Part shown: positions 1-10,853 of the stretch, piece after piece
Numbering within the stretch: position 1 is the stretch's first letter
Layout of the letters: every line of letters begins with the position of its first letter
Assembly: GCF_006345805.1 (NCBI RefSeq)
Contig: NC_042999.1
Location: 94,922,001-94,986,000, forward strand
DNA length: 64,000 nt
DNA from: Octopus sinensis
Lineage: Eukaryota
Direction: 5' to 3'
The notes under the pieces: generated by a model
The model's input: only the letters and a program-made list of their open reading frames with translations
What the model was told of the DNA's origin: nothing
Database searches by the model: none
Position numbers and translations under genes: made by a program

Positions 1-26
1 TTGGTTTTTGTTGTTGTTGCTGCTGC

Positions 27-163
27 GTTCAAATTTACAAATGCTTTATTATATTAACCCTCTGGGGTCAATGAGATAAATTCAAGTCAAGTACTTGTCT
101 CATTGTAAATGATTTTCCTTCCTTTACCCGAAATTTCAGGCCTTGTGCCAGTTAGAAACAATA
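27..163 (+). mobile_element. tRNA-derived SINE family A, 5'-truncated degenerate copy
   Basis: Matches the body of better copies in the window (ttcaaatt...ggggtcaat...ccgaaatttcaggccttgtgcc..tagaaac; compare 14064-14264 and 54426-54636). Confidence 0.65.
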
Positions 164-550
164 ACTATGATTGTTACTAATGGAATAACTGTGGTACCAC
201 GTGATATGGGAATAGCTCAAGACTATTGCTCTCCTCAGACATGGTGTTGCTATGATATCATTACTCAATATTTCCTTTTTTTTCTCTCTCTTTCAGTATG
301 GCACGATTCGAGTAATATATGGCTGCAGAGATTTTCCGTCATTGTAATATATTCTCGATATAAGTTCGACAAAACACTATCTAAAGCACAAAATAGCCAA
401 CTAACATACAAGCTACCATTTTCTTTATATTATTGGTATTTTTTTATACTATGTATTTCTTTTCAGAGTTATTGTTATTAATGAGGATTGAAAATCGTAG
501 TTATAGTCTGACTGTAGTATCCCCAATGATTAAAACTACATATAAACACA

Positions 551-602
551 TGTATGTATGTATGTATGTATGTATGTATGTATGTATGTATGTATGTATG
601 TA
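551..602. repeat. (TGTA)n tetranucleotide microsatellite
   Basis: Perfect tgta tandem array seen directly. Confidence 0.95.
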
Positions 603-1129
603 CCGTTTGGTGTCAACAACATATTGAAATGTCAGTTTTGTACTTAGTACCAGGATCTTTAAATATATTTATTTCATCTTTGGTAACCTTCTATGTTGGA
701 ATTTTTATTGTCAAGGTTATTTCTATTTTCCTAATGTACTAGCGTGTCCTACTTGACCCTTACTGATCTCCATACAGTCAACTTAGTTTCCGCATCTTTT
801 ACTTTCTTTCTTAATTTATATTTTTGGCTTCTAGTTGTCATCGTTTATATATTATGAGGATTAGTCATATATACTTAAGTAATTATAGATGCTACTTCAT
901 TTGTAATAAAGAAATCAGGTCGTTTGGTTTCATATATTTGGTCTATATAAATATTAATAAGGCATTTTTGACCTTTCTATTTTTTGATGACATCAGCTGC
1001 TTTCTTCTCTAATCAATTATTTTCTGCAAGAATTGCTTACATTCCGCATAAATACCAATGCGTCGAATTTTTTAGCTATATTCCAACAAAAGGCAAGTAT
1101 CTAGATTAGTATTATTTGTTTATCTGTAT

Positions 1130-1164
1130 CTTTATATGTACACAGAGATACACACACATATACG

Positions 1165-1197
<33 letters not shown>

Positions 1198-1220
1198 GCA
1201 TACATGCATAAGCATATATG

Positions 1221-1277
<57 letters not shown>

Positions 1278-1292
1278 GTATATATATATATG

Positions 1293-1342
<50 letters not shown>

Positions 1343-1453
1343 ATATATATACGTACATATATACGTATGTAAATATATATGTATGTATATATATATGTAT
1401 GTGTATATATATGTATGTGTATATATATGTATGTATGTATATATATATGTATG

Positions 1454-1521
<68 letters not shown>

Positions 1522-1557
1522 ATATATATAATGTGTGTGTGTGTATATATATATATG
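1130..1557. repeat. Compound (TA)n/(TG)n/(TATG)n microsatellite field
   Basis: Seen directly; source of the YI/YV pseudo-ORFs. Confidence 0.95.
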
Positions 1558-2018
1558 TCAGTTAACTTTTGTTTGCTTTCGTTTTTATTTATTCGATGGT
1601 AATCTCCATTAACAACCTTAAGATATCTTTAACAACCTTTGGCAGTTCTTTTACTAATGTTCATAGCGTTTAGTACAGTGACATCAATTTATAGTACTTT
1701 AGGGATTTCTGAAAGAACACGTTCGGCTACGTCATTCCTTATTATCTTCTTACATTTCATCCCTTCAATCATATTCAACCTTCCTTCATTCTGTCCAGTT
1801 TTGCTAGCGCGGTTATATTTTTTTTGTTTCTAACATTTTCTTAGTTGCTTTTATATTTTATTTATTTTATTTATTTTATTTATTTTGAGAATGTCTTCTT
1901 TTGTTCTTCCACCGTATTGTTTCTGATTTGTTTTTAATTCAAACTACTTGACAGTTGAAAGATTTCTCTTGGCTTTTTCTGACATTGATCTCTCCTGCAT
2001 ATATATTTTAACTTACAA

Positions 2019-2084
<66 letters not shown>

Positions 2085-2320
2085 TAGTGGTAGTAGTAGT
2101 AGTAGTAGTAGTAGAAGTAGTAGCACCAGCAGCAGCAGCAGCAGTAGTAGCAGCAGCAGCAGTTGTAGCAGCAGCAGTTGTAGTAGTAGTAGTAGCAGCA
2201 GTAGCAGCAGTGATACATATAGTATAATATATAGATAGATAGATAGATAGAGATATGTAGAGACATAGTTAAAGACATATATTTATATACATATATATAA
2301 TTATATACATATATATGCAT

Positions 2321-2397
<77 letters not shown>

Positions 2398-2410
2398 GAG
2401 AGAGAGAGAG
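2019..2410. repeat. Compound (TAG)n/(CAG)n, (GATA)n, (CA)n, (TA)n, (GA)n microsatellite
   Basis: Seen directly; the poly-Ser and poly-Tyr ORFs are artefacts. Confidence 0.95.
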
Positions 2411-2505
2411 ATTAGTTCCATTCTTTAAAGGTACTCATTCTTGTTAGATCATAGATCTAATTACAATTTTATATATATAAATATGTATATAATATATTTA
2501 TATAT

Positions 2506-2566
<61 letters not shown>

Positions 2567-2605
2567 ATATATATATATATATACTATATACTATATACTT
2601 ATATA

Positions 2606-2962
2606 TAGTGTATCCAAAAAAAACATAAAAGAAGAACAAACACAGAAAAAAAGAACGCAAGGACATGGTACATGTAAAGTATTAGCAGACGCTCAGAGAG
2701 GGAAAGAAAGGTGGTTTTAGCATTCTTCAGAAACAGGAAAATCCAATAGAAAAGGAAGACGGAGGGAAAAATCGCCAACGAATCACATGTGGTCACAAAC
2801 ACAAAAAGCAGCAACACGAGGACGTGATAGATGTAAAGTATTAGCAGACGCTCAGGGAAGGAAAGAAAGGCGGTTTTACGTTTCGAGCAGAAAAGCAGAG
2901 GAAAGTCCAATAGAAAAGGAAGACGGAGGGGAAAAAGTCATCAACGATTCACATATGGTTAC
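2606..2962 (-). mobile_element. Short PLE-terminus-like dispersed element with two tandem partial units and decayed hammerhead motifs
   Basis: Homologous to 28660-28866, 63240-63415 and 5750-5950 (gacgctcag, aggaagacggaggg-aaaa-tcgccaacg); internal duplication 2672-2787 vs 2831-2953; flanked by (TA)n. Confidence 0.65.
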
Positions 2963-2968
2963 ATTTTG

Positions 2969-3039
<71 letters not shown>

Positions 3040-3083
3040 ATAAGTTATATATATTATATATATATATATAATATATAAACATA

Positions 3084-3119
<36 letters not shown>

Positions 3120-3121
3120 TA

Positions 3122-3158
<37 letters not shown>

Positions 3159-3199
3159 GTACATATGTGTGTGTATATTATATATATATAAACCTAAGT

Positions 3200-3230
<31 letters not shown>

Positions 3231-3358
3231 ATAAGTTCATATATATATATGTACATATATATGTGTGTATGTATATATATATATATATATATAATATATT
3301 ATATATATATATATTATATATATATATATATATATTTGTGTGTGCGCGTGTGTATGTA

Positions 3359-5505
3359 TCTATACTATAATGTAGTAAATTGCTTACTAATGAGGTATGT
3401 AACCGTTACTAAAAGTATTAAAAGAAAGCAATATTAAAAGCTTGACCGTCTGGAAATATTTTTATAAATTCATGTTCTACGAAATTGCCTATAATTTCGA
3501 TTTCCGAAGTTTATTGAATTTTTTAAACTCCAAATTCTTGCAAATTTAAATATTCATTGCATTCACCGCGGAATAGATTTTAATGTTTAATAATAAACAT
3601 TATTAATTCGTTGCAGGCAACATTTTACGTTTATATTTGCAAAAGTTTCTCATTCTCGCCCGCCTCTATTTTCATTAATGATAATTTAATAATGGCTATA
3701 TAACTTGGATACGAGACACAATTTCAAGAATGTTATCATTTTCCGGAGTTTGTTAAATGAATAATTTTGATAAAATGAAATTCTTTAATGTATCGGTATA
3801 ATTTTTTTTTTTACATGATTTTGTTGGTATGGCTACTTGAAACGCGATAAGCCTGAAAATAATAACTATATGGTCGCTGTTATTTCTAACACGCTAAGCA
3901 AGAGCTTTTTGAAGAGCTTTCATTTACATATAATATGCGAGTGAAAAAGAAAATTTAGCAGAAAAGGCACAACGGCACAGAGAAAGACGGGCAACTGAAT
4001 GAGATGCCACCAGGGCAAAGCGACTGAAACAGATGCCTAAATATGCAAGGATACGTAGATGTGATTCTGACCGACTGGTTAGGGTATCTCGAGAGGAGAA
4101 TATTCTACTTCAAAATAATGGTGCCAGATCACAAATTGTTCATGCAACACTAAATAGATCTTATTTTTGCGATCATGGGAAAGTAGTGGAGATGATAACC
4201 AATCTAAAACCTCTTACAGAAAGCCATGTTGCTAATTACCTTCTTGCTGTAGGAAATGGTAAAAATTCTGTTGAACAAAGCCTAGGTGAATTCCAATCCA
4301 ACTTACCCTATGACCCTTGCCTTGAAAGTGGTTCTCTTTCAGATCTATGTGATTTTGTATATGCTGACCTCAAAAATAACTTCACAAACCCTGTGTGGCT
4401 TGTAAATAGGACCACAGTTACTCCAACAAATGAAGCAACACAATTTGTGAATGATTTTCTGTTGGCCAAGATCCCCGGTGAGCTAAAAATGTATAGAAGC
4501 TCAGATACAGTTGATAATGAAATTCTGTAACCAACCGAGTTCATCAACAACCTTACAATATAGGGTTTCTACCACACATTCTCAAACTGAAGAAAAAAAG
4601 GATGCATAATGCTTCTGAGAAATGTAGATGTTACAAATGGGTATGGCAATAACACATACTCAATCATTGTCAGTGTACATGACCAGTTCTTGAGGCTGAA
4701 TTTGCCTCTGGTCCTTATGCAAGATCAACTCTGCTAATCCAAAGAATACCACCTGTATCTCAAGAAATGGAATTACCATTTACGTTTACGAGCAAAATAT
4801 TTCCTGTCAAGTCAGCTTTTGCCTTGACATGCAACAAGGCACAGGGACAAACTTTTGAAAAAATTGGAATATATCTTTCGACTCAATTCGAAAGAAGACT
4901 GATGTAAAAATATTGGCTGAGAGAAATGGAAACAGTATAATTATTGACAATTGTGTCTACAAGGAGATACTACTTTAAAGCAAAATATGCTTTTTAGCAA
5001 GTTTCAGTAAGTAGAATTAACACATAAATTATACGTAGAATAGCATATATTTGTGTGGAATTAAATTGTTTTGCCATATTTCAACACACGCCGAATGAAT
5101 GTCATCGTTATATTAGATCCTTTTAAATTTGGGTATATTGGAAAATGTAAGGAAACGTCATTCCCATGTGTTCTCACAGCACCAGACTCATGTGTGTGTG
5201 AGAGTGTGTATCTCTCCATCCCTCCACCCATTCATCCATCCATTCATCTATCTATCTACCTATGATCACCTATGTAAGTTCTACCAATTATTAATAATAG
5301 AAATACATAACAGATTGACTTTTGAAAACGAGAGATTATGACTGATAAAATAATGAAAGCAATATTTACTAAGCAAATGAGCACTGTTATACAAAGAAAT
5401 AATTAGACGCAAAATATCATAAAACTTATTAGAATTGGGAATCAAATGTGGAAATATTATTGAGTGGCCAGCAGATAAACACCCGGAGGGCGGGCTTTCT
5501 ACTAG
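3359..5505 (+). mobile_element. Helitron, internally deleted non-autonomous copy with both termini
   Basis: 5' A|TCTATACTATAA at 3358/3359; 3' hairpin CCCG-gaggg-CGGG (5482-5494) then CTAG|T (5502-5506); PIF1 helicase remnant inside. Confidence 0.8.
4033..4977 (+). pseudogene. Helitron PIF1-like helicase C-terminal pseudogene (stops and frameshifts)
   Basis: Motifs across frames: QIVHATLNRSY, RTTVTPTNEATQFVN, PGELKMYRSSD, PTEFIN, IMLLRN, RIPPV..LPFTF...FPVKSAFALTCNKAQGQTFEKIGIYL. Confidence 0.9.
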
Positions 5506-5547
5506 TATATATAATATATAGATAGATAGATAGATAGATATGTCTAC

Positions 5548-5725
5548 ATTCTTTTATTCTTTATTTCACTGTGACCATGCTGGAGCACCGTCTTTACACG
5601 AATATATCAACTTATTCTCTGTGAGCCTAGTACTTTTCTATCGGACTCTTTTTTTTGAGCCGCTAAGTTGCGGGGATGTAAACACACCAATATCGGTTGT
5701 CCGGGTGATGGGGTACAAACACACA
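5548..5725 (-). mobile_element. SINE family B 3' tail fragment
   Basis: Reverse complement of the tail at 22370-22502 (gaccatgctggagcaccg, gcctagtactt, ccgctaagtt.cgggga.gtaaacacacc). Confidence 0.75.
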
Positions 5726-5749
5726 CGCACATTATATATCGCCATGTTG

Positions 5750-5948
5750 ATTCGTTAGCTACTGCACGCATTTTTTTCTCTCCTTCTTTCTGTGTTTTTT
5801 TTCTCTCTGTGTATCTTTCTGTTGAAGAGCGTAGGCTCGAAACGTTAAAGACTTGTTTTATTTATATTTCCTGAGCGCCATACTAATACAATTGTTCGTT
5901 TGTTTTCCACCTGCCTTCGTCTTTTGTTTATTTTCATAAAGCTTCCCG

Positions 5949-5950
<2 letters not shown>
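5750..5950 (+). mobile_element. Short PLE-terminus-like element carrying a hammerhead motif
   Basis: Opposite-strand relative of 28660-28866 and 63240-63415 (gaagagc..gctcgaaacgtt...cctgagcg.c.atactaata); ends at (TA)n. Confidence 0.65.
5814..5851 (+). ncRNA. Minimal type I hammerhead ribozyme-like motif (one core mismatch)
   Basis: UCUUU-CUGuUGA-A-GAGC(GUAG)GCUC-GAA-ACGU-U-AAAGA: helix I UCUUU/AAAGA, helix II GAGC/GCUC, palindromic ACGU helix III, GUU cleavage triplet. Confidence 0.6.
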
Positions 5951-6010
<60 letters not shown>

Positions 6011-6014
<4 letters not shown>

Positions 6015-7236
6015 CTCATCCCATACGTTCTGTCCATTTTACCTTTTTTTTTTAAATTGAGTGAAATTTAATTGTATTTTACAATGGAATTTTAAAATAT
6101 TTTTATGCAGTTTTGTATATTTTAACTTTCTTACATGAAGTGTCCAAAGAGCATTTAAGGCACATAATGCATTATGAGTACAACAAGGAAACTCTGCAGC
6201 CAAAGCGACTCGAAACATACACTCAGTTTATGGGAAAGAATGCTTGAATGAAATAATTTACAGAAGATGGTTTGCAAAATTCTGAAGTGGAAATTTCAGC
6301 CTTGAAGATGAAGATCGAACAGGACGTCGAGTTGAGTTTGATGATAAGCTCCTTGAGGCATTACCTGAAACAAATCCTGCATTATCAGTTGAAGAACTGG
6401 CAATAAAGCTTAGTTCAAACCATACAACTGTTCATCGTCATCTTCAACAACTTGGAAAGGTTCCTAAACTTGGAAAATGTGTGCCTCATAAATTGTCCGA
6501 AAGCAACCGCAAATCCCGAATTGATATCTGCCCTTCACTCCATTCTCGCGAGCTCATTTCACCCTTCTTGGGTAGACTAGTGACTGGTGACTAAAAATGG
6601 ATCTTATATCGAAATGTTAAACGTCGTAAACAGTGGCTTGGTAAAAGGGGAAAAGCTCAAGCACAACTGAGAAGGGTACTTCATGGGAAAAAGGTTCTTC
6701 TCTCTATCTGGTGGGATTGCAAATGTGTAATTCGCTTTGAATTGTTACCACCTAATGCAACAATCAATGCTTAAGTCTACTGTCAGCAATTAGGGTGTTT
6801 GAACCAAGTTTTGAAGAAAAAAGACCCGCTTTAGTGAATCGAAAAGGAATGATGTTTCATCAGGACAATGCGCGACCCCACACTGCAAAGTTCACATCAG
6901 AGAAGATCGAAGAGCTTGGTTGGGGATAAATTCCTCATCCACCTTATTCTCCCGACCTTGCTCCTTCAGACTACCATTTGTTCCGTAGTTTACAGAATCA
7001 TTTGGGGACTTAATTTTCGCAAGCGAGGAGAAGGAGGTCGAAACTGATATTTCAGAGTTCTTCGCTTTGAAACCAAAAGTGTTTTACATTGAAGGGTTAA
7101 AAAGCTTATAAATAGATGGAAGGAATTCATAGATTATCAGAAGTACATTGATGATTAAATTTCAATTGAATATAAAATTTGTTGATCACTTGTTTTCTTT
7201 AGTCAAATTTCGAACAGAAATTATGGGATGACTTGA
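6011..7236 (+). mobile_element. Full-length mariner (DD34D-type) DNA transposon, inactive
   Basis: TIRs TCAGCTCATCCCATACGTTCTGTCC and reverse complement TCAAGTCATCCCATAATTTCTGTTC; TA on both sides; 1226 bp. Confidence 0.93.
6136..7158 (+). pseudogene. mariner transposase pseudogene
   Basis: Motifs RRWFAKF*SGNFSLED, CVPHKL (WVPHEL), LVTGD*KW, VLLSIWWD, FHQDNARPH, PHPPYSPDLAPSDYHLF; multiple stops and frameshifts. Confidence 0.93.
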
Positions 7237-7276
7237 TACATAAATAAATATATATATATATATTATATATACACAC

Positions 7277-7372
<96 letters not shown>

Positions 7373-7373
7373 C

Positions 7374-7535
7374 ACGACGGACTCTTCAGTTTCCATCTAA
7401 CAAATCCACTCACAAGGCTTTGGTCGACCCGAGGCGATAGTAGAAGACACTTGCCCAAAGTGCTATGCAGCGGGACTGAACCTGGGAGCATATAGTTGGT
7501 AAGCAAGCCACTTCCTACACAACCACTCCTGCGCC
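7374..7535 (-). mobile_element. SINE family B (tRNA head plus CORE-like ttgggcaagtg segment), head/body
   Basis: Reverse complement ggcgcaggagtggttgtgtaggaag...ggttcagtccc (B box)...ttgggcaagtgtcttctactat. Confidence 0.85.
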
Positions 7536-7749
7536 TATGGATGTGTACCTTTAAAGAATGGCCCTATAAACTGAACAATAAACAGTTCACGTATATTCCA
7601 TTCGAATTTGCGTTAGAACAAGTACAATACAGTTTACTTAAGTGTATTACTTCACTATACTTTCAATATATTTCTCTTTATCATAGATAGAGATGTTGTA
7701 ACTTTAATTCAAGAAAAAACACCTAGTAAGTGATACCAAAGCTTTTCTT

Positions 7750-8240
7750 TTATCATCGCCATAATATCATTACATCATCATCATTGTTACTATCGTCATG
7801 TATTTGTCGCTATCATAATCAACCACTTCGAAATTCTTTGTTCTTGAATCTTGTTCTTATCCTCACCATCATCATCAGAAATAACTGCATCCAGAAGCAT
7901 TAGTATCTTCAGCTTAATCAATATCATTATCAGCATTATAGCGATTTTCATTATCATCATCATCATCATCCTTTTATCAATTTTGCGATTTGTCATTCTC
8001 ATCAGCAGCAGTATCTTCGAGATCATCGACATGACGATCAGTACCACACAGATATTCATAATTATCCTGATTAATCTCATCATCATTATAATCAGCAGCA
8101 GCAGTAGCAGCAACATCCGCATTATCATCTTCGTCGTCTTTGTCTTCGTCACTACCATCATCATCACTATCACCATCATCATCATCGTCGTCACCGTCGT
8201 CGTAATCGTCCTCGTCGTCGACAACGTCGTCGTCAGTATC
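7750..8240. repeat. Degenerate (ATC)/(GTC)/(AGC) trinucleotide low-complexity tract
   Basis: Seen directly; gives I/V-rich and M-rich pseudo-ORFs. Confidence 0.85.
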
Positions 8241-8784
8241 AACATTTCACATGTCTCAAAGAGCATGGTGAAATCTTGTTCTGAATGTGAAGTGCTTCCG
8301 AAAAAAATTCTTCAAACAGTATAATAATTCTGAAGATTGCTTTCATTGAGTTGGATCCCTACTTTATTTTTATTAATCACACACATACACTAACGCTCAC
8401 AGACACGCTCACTCACTCACTCACTTACACACATATATAACTACGTATATAAGTGTAAATATATATACAAATGCGATTATTAATATATACACACACACAT
8501 ATACATATATATATATATACACTTTATATAACACACACAGACACACACATATGTGTGTGCGTGTATGTGTGGATACTTGGGGAAGTGTATCTATTTACAC
8601 CCAAATAAATGTGCAAAAGATCAGATATCAGAAACGCGCAGGAACACACACAAGTATATTGATATTATATTAAATATACGTGTATGTATGCATGTATGTG
8701 CATATGTACGTGAATACACAGATATGCGCGCACGCACACATGCACATTCTTACACAGACACACATACATACAGGCATATTATAT

Positions 8785-8912
8785 ATGTATGTATGTTTGC
8801 ATGTACGTATGTATGTATGTATGTATGTATGTATGTATGTATGTATGTATGTATGTATGTATGTATGTATGTATGTATGTATGTATGTATGTATGTATGT
8901 ATATATGTATGT
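8785..8912. repeat. (TATG)n microsatellite
   Basis: Seen directly. Confidence 0.95.
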
Positions 8913-9095
8913 ACGTGTAAATGGTTGCTTTGGCATCTTTCTTTTTTTCTGTTGTAATATATTTTTTCTTCAACACGACTTTTGAAGTGTCGTTCAACTA
9001 ATCAATAATAATAATAATAATAAAATTAGTTACATTATTATATCAAAAACACGAGATTTATTACTGTACTAAAAATAAGAATTATAAACTCAACT

Positions 9096-9146
9096 GGTAG
9101 TAGTGGCAGTAGTAGTAGCAGTAGCAGCAGTAGCAGCAGTAGTAGC

Positions 9147-9231
<85 letters not shown>

Positions 9232-9251
9232 TAGTAGTAGTAGTAGCAGTA
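9096..9251. repeat. (TAG)n/(CAG)n microsatellite
   Basis: Seen directly. Confidence 0.95.
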
Positions 9252-9879
9252 GAGGGAAGGGGAGGACGACGTAGAAATATACATGTAAACGTTACCACTT
9301 ACATGAAAGCAAATGGATATTAAATGGACAAAAGTGTGACAATATGGAGAGGAAAAGGAGGAGAAACAATATGATTAGCGAATGCTGGAAATAATAATTT
9401 CATTGAGGTTGTTGATGATGACCATGATACAGATTAAGAAAATAGCCATGATAATGACAGTGATTATGATGATACGAATGGTGAGGGTCATCAATATCAT
9501 TTCTATCATCAATATAGTCATGATGATATGGTTATGATGACGATAATGAATATTATATCCACGGTGGCTGTGATGATGATGATGGTAATGATGATTTATA
9601 TCATGATTAGAATGATTATGTTTATGATAATGTTTATGACAAAGAGGTAGAAGTTGAAGAATAGGGAGAAGGGGCTTTTTTTTTACCACAGAAATATTTC
9701 CTGCAACAACAGCGCGTTAAGATAATCTTGGAAACGTAACCGAAACATGCTAACGTTTAAATTTTTTTGCGCAATTTTCTTATTTACTTCTAAATTTTAA
9801 AGCTTTTAACCCCTTAGGTTACTTTGTAATCTTGAACTGATCACATGTGTATGAATGTGTGTGTGTGTGCGCGCGGTTG

Positions 9880-10090
9880 CATACATATATATGTGTATAT
9901 ATATATATCTATATATTTATCTATCTTTTTATCTGACTATCTAGTTCTTTATCTATCCATATATATATATATACTGTATATGCAAACATATATATAGAGA
10001 TATATACATATATACGTATATATATATATATATAAATATATATATATACACATATATATATGTATATATATACATTTATACATATATATA

Positions 10091-10128
<38 letters not shown>

Positions 10129-10131
10129 GAC

Positions 10132-10162
<31 letters not shown>

Positions 10163-10175
10163 CATACTAAACACA

Positions 10176-10226
<51 letters not shown>

Positions 10227-10239
10227 CATACTAAACACA

Positions 10240-10288
<49 letters not shown>

Positions 10289-10295
10289 GTATGTA
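9880..10295. repeat. (TA)n-rich microsatellite field
   Basis: Seen directly; includes a duplicated acatactaaacacatatatgtat unit. Confidence 0.9.
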
Positions 10296-10811
10296 CTGTG
10301 TGGTTAAGATTTCAACAAGTATATAACACTCGATCTGTTACGAATTTATAGATATAGTTATAATAAAAACCACAAGCCTTCTGAAATACAGCAATCCAAG
10401 GTTTCTTGGCTGGACGATACCATAGTTTGTTGATACGTGTGTTTCATAAACTATTCGATTTATAAGGTCGATAACGTGAATCGGTAGCCGCGTACATTTA
10501 CTTTCTCAATCAAACACACATACGCGCACGCGCGCATACACACGCCCACTCCTGCACAAATACTTTAAATATATTGAACGCTAACAAGGGTACATCAGTT
10601 TCTCTCTTCCGTTATTTTCATGGTGTCTATGAAGCACTGGTGCCGGAAAACTATTGTTACGACCGGACAGAACAAGCGTTACATTGAATCAGTGAAATGA
10701 AAATTCAGACACAGCAACCATCTTTCAACCCCAAAAAGGGATATACAACTACTCGTGGCATTAATCTAGAACTTTAAGGAAGATAACATCAGCCACAACA
10801 TCCGATGGAAA

Positions 10812-10853
<42 letters not shown>

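Noticed and set aside
1230-1530. Recurrent phase shifts (tataatat or tattatat) within many long (TA)n arrays
   Set aside because: Most simply explained by consensus indel errors or slippage in palindromic TA runs; no independent support for a signal
1101-3437. Numerous YI/YV/CV/HT-rich, poly-Ser and poly-Tyr ORFs (and equivalents at 8.5-10.2, 13.4-15.4, 27.7-29.1, 32.3-32.8 and 34.0-34.4 kb)
   Set aside because: They are translations of stop-free microsatellites, not genes
7796-8324. 157 aa hydrophobic ORF resembling a membrane protein
   Set aside because: Degenerate ATC/GTC triplet repeat, open on both strands, with no domain signature
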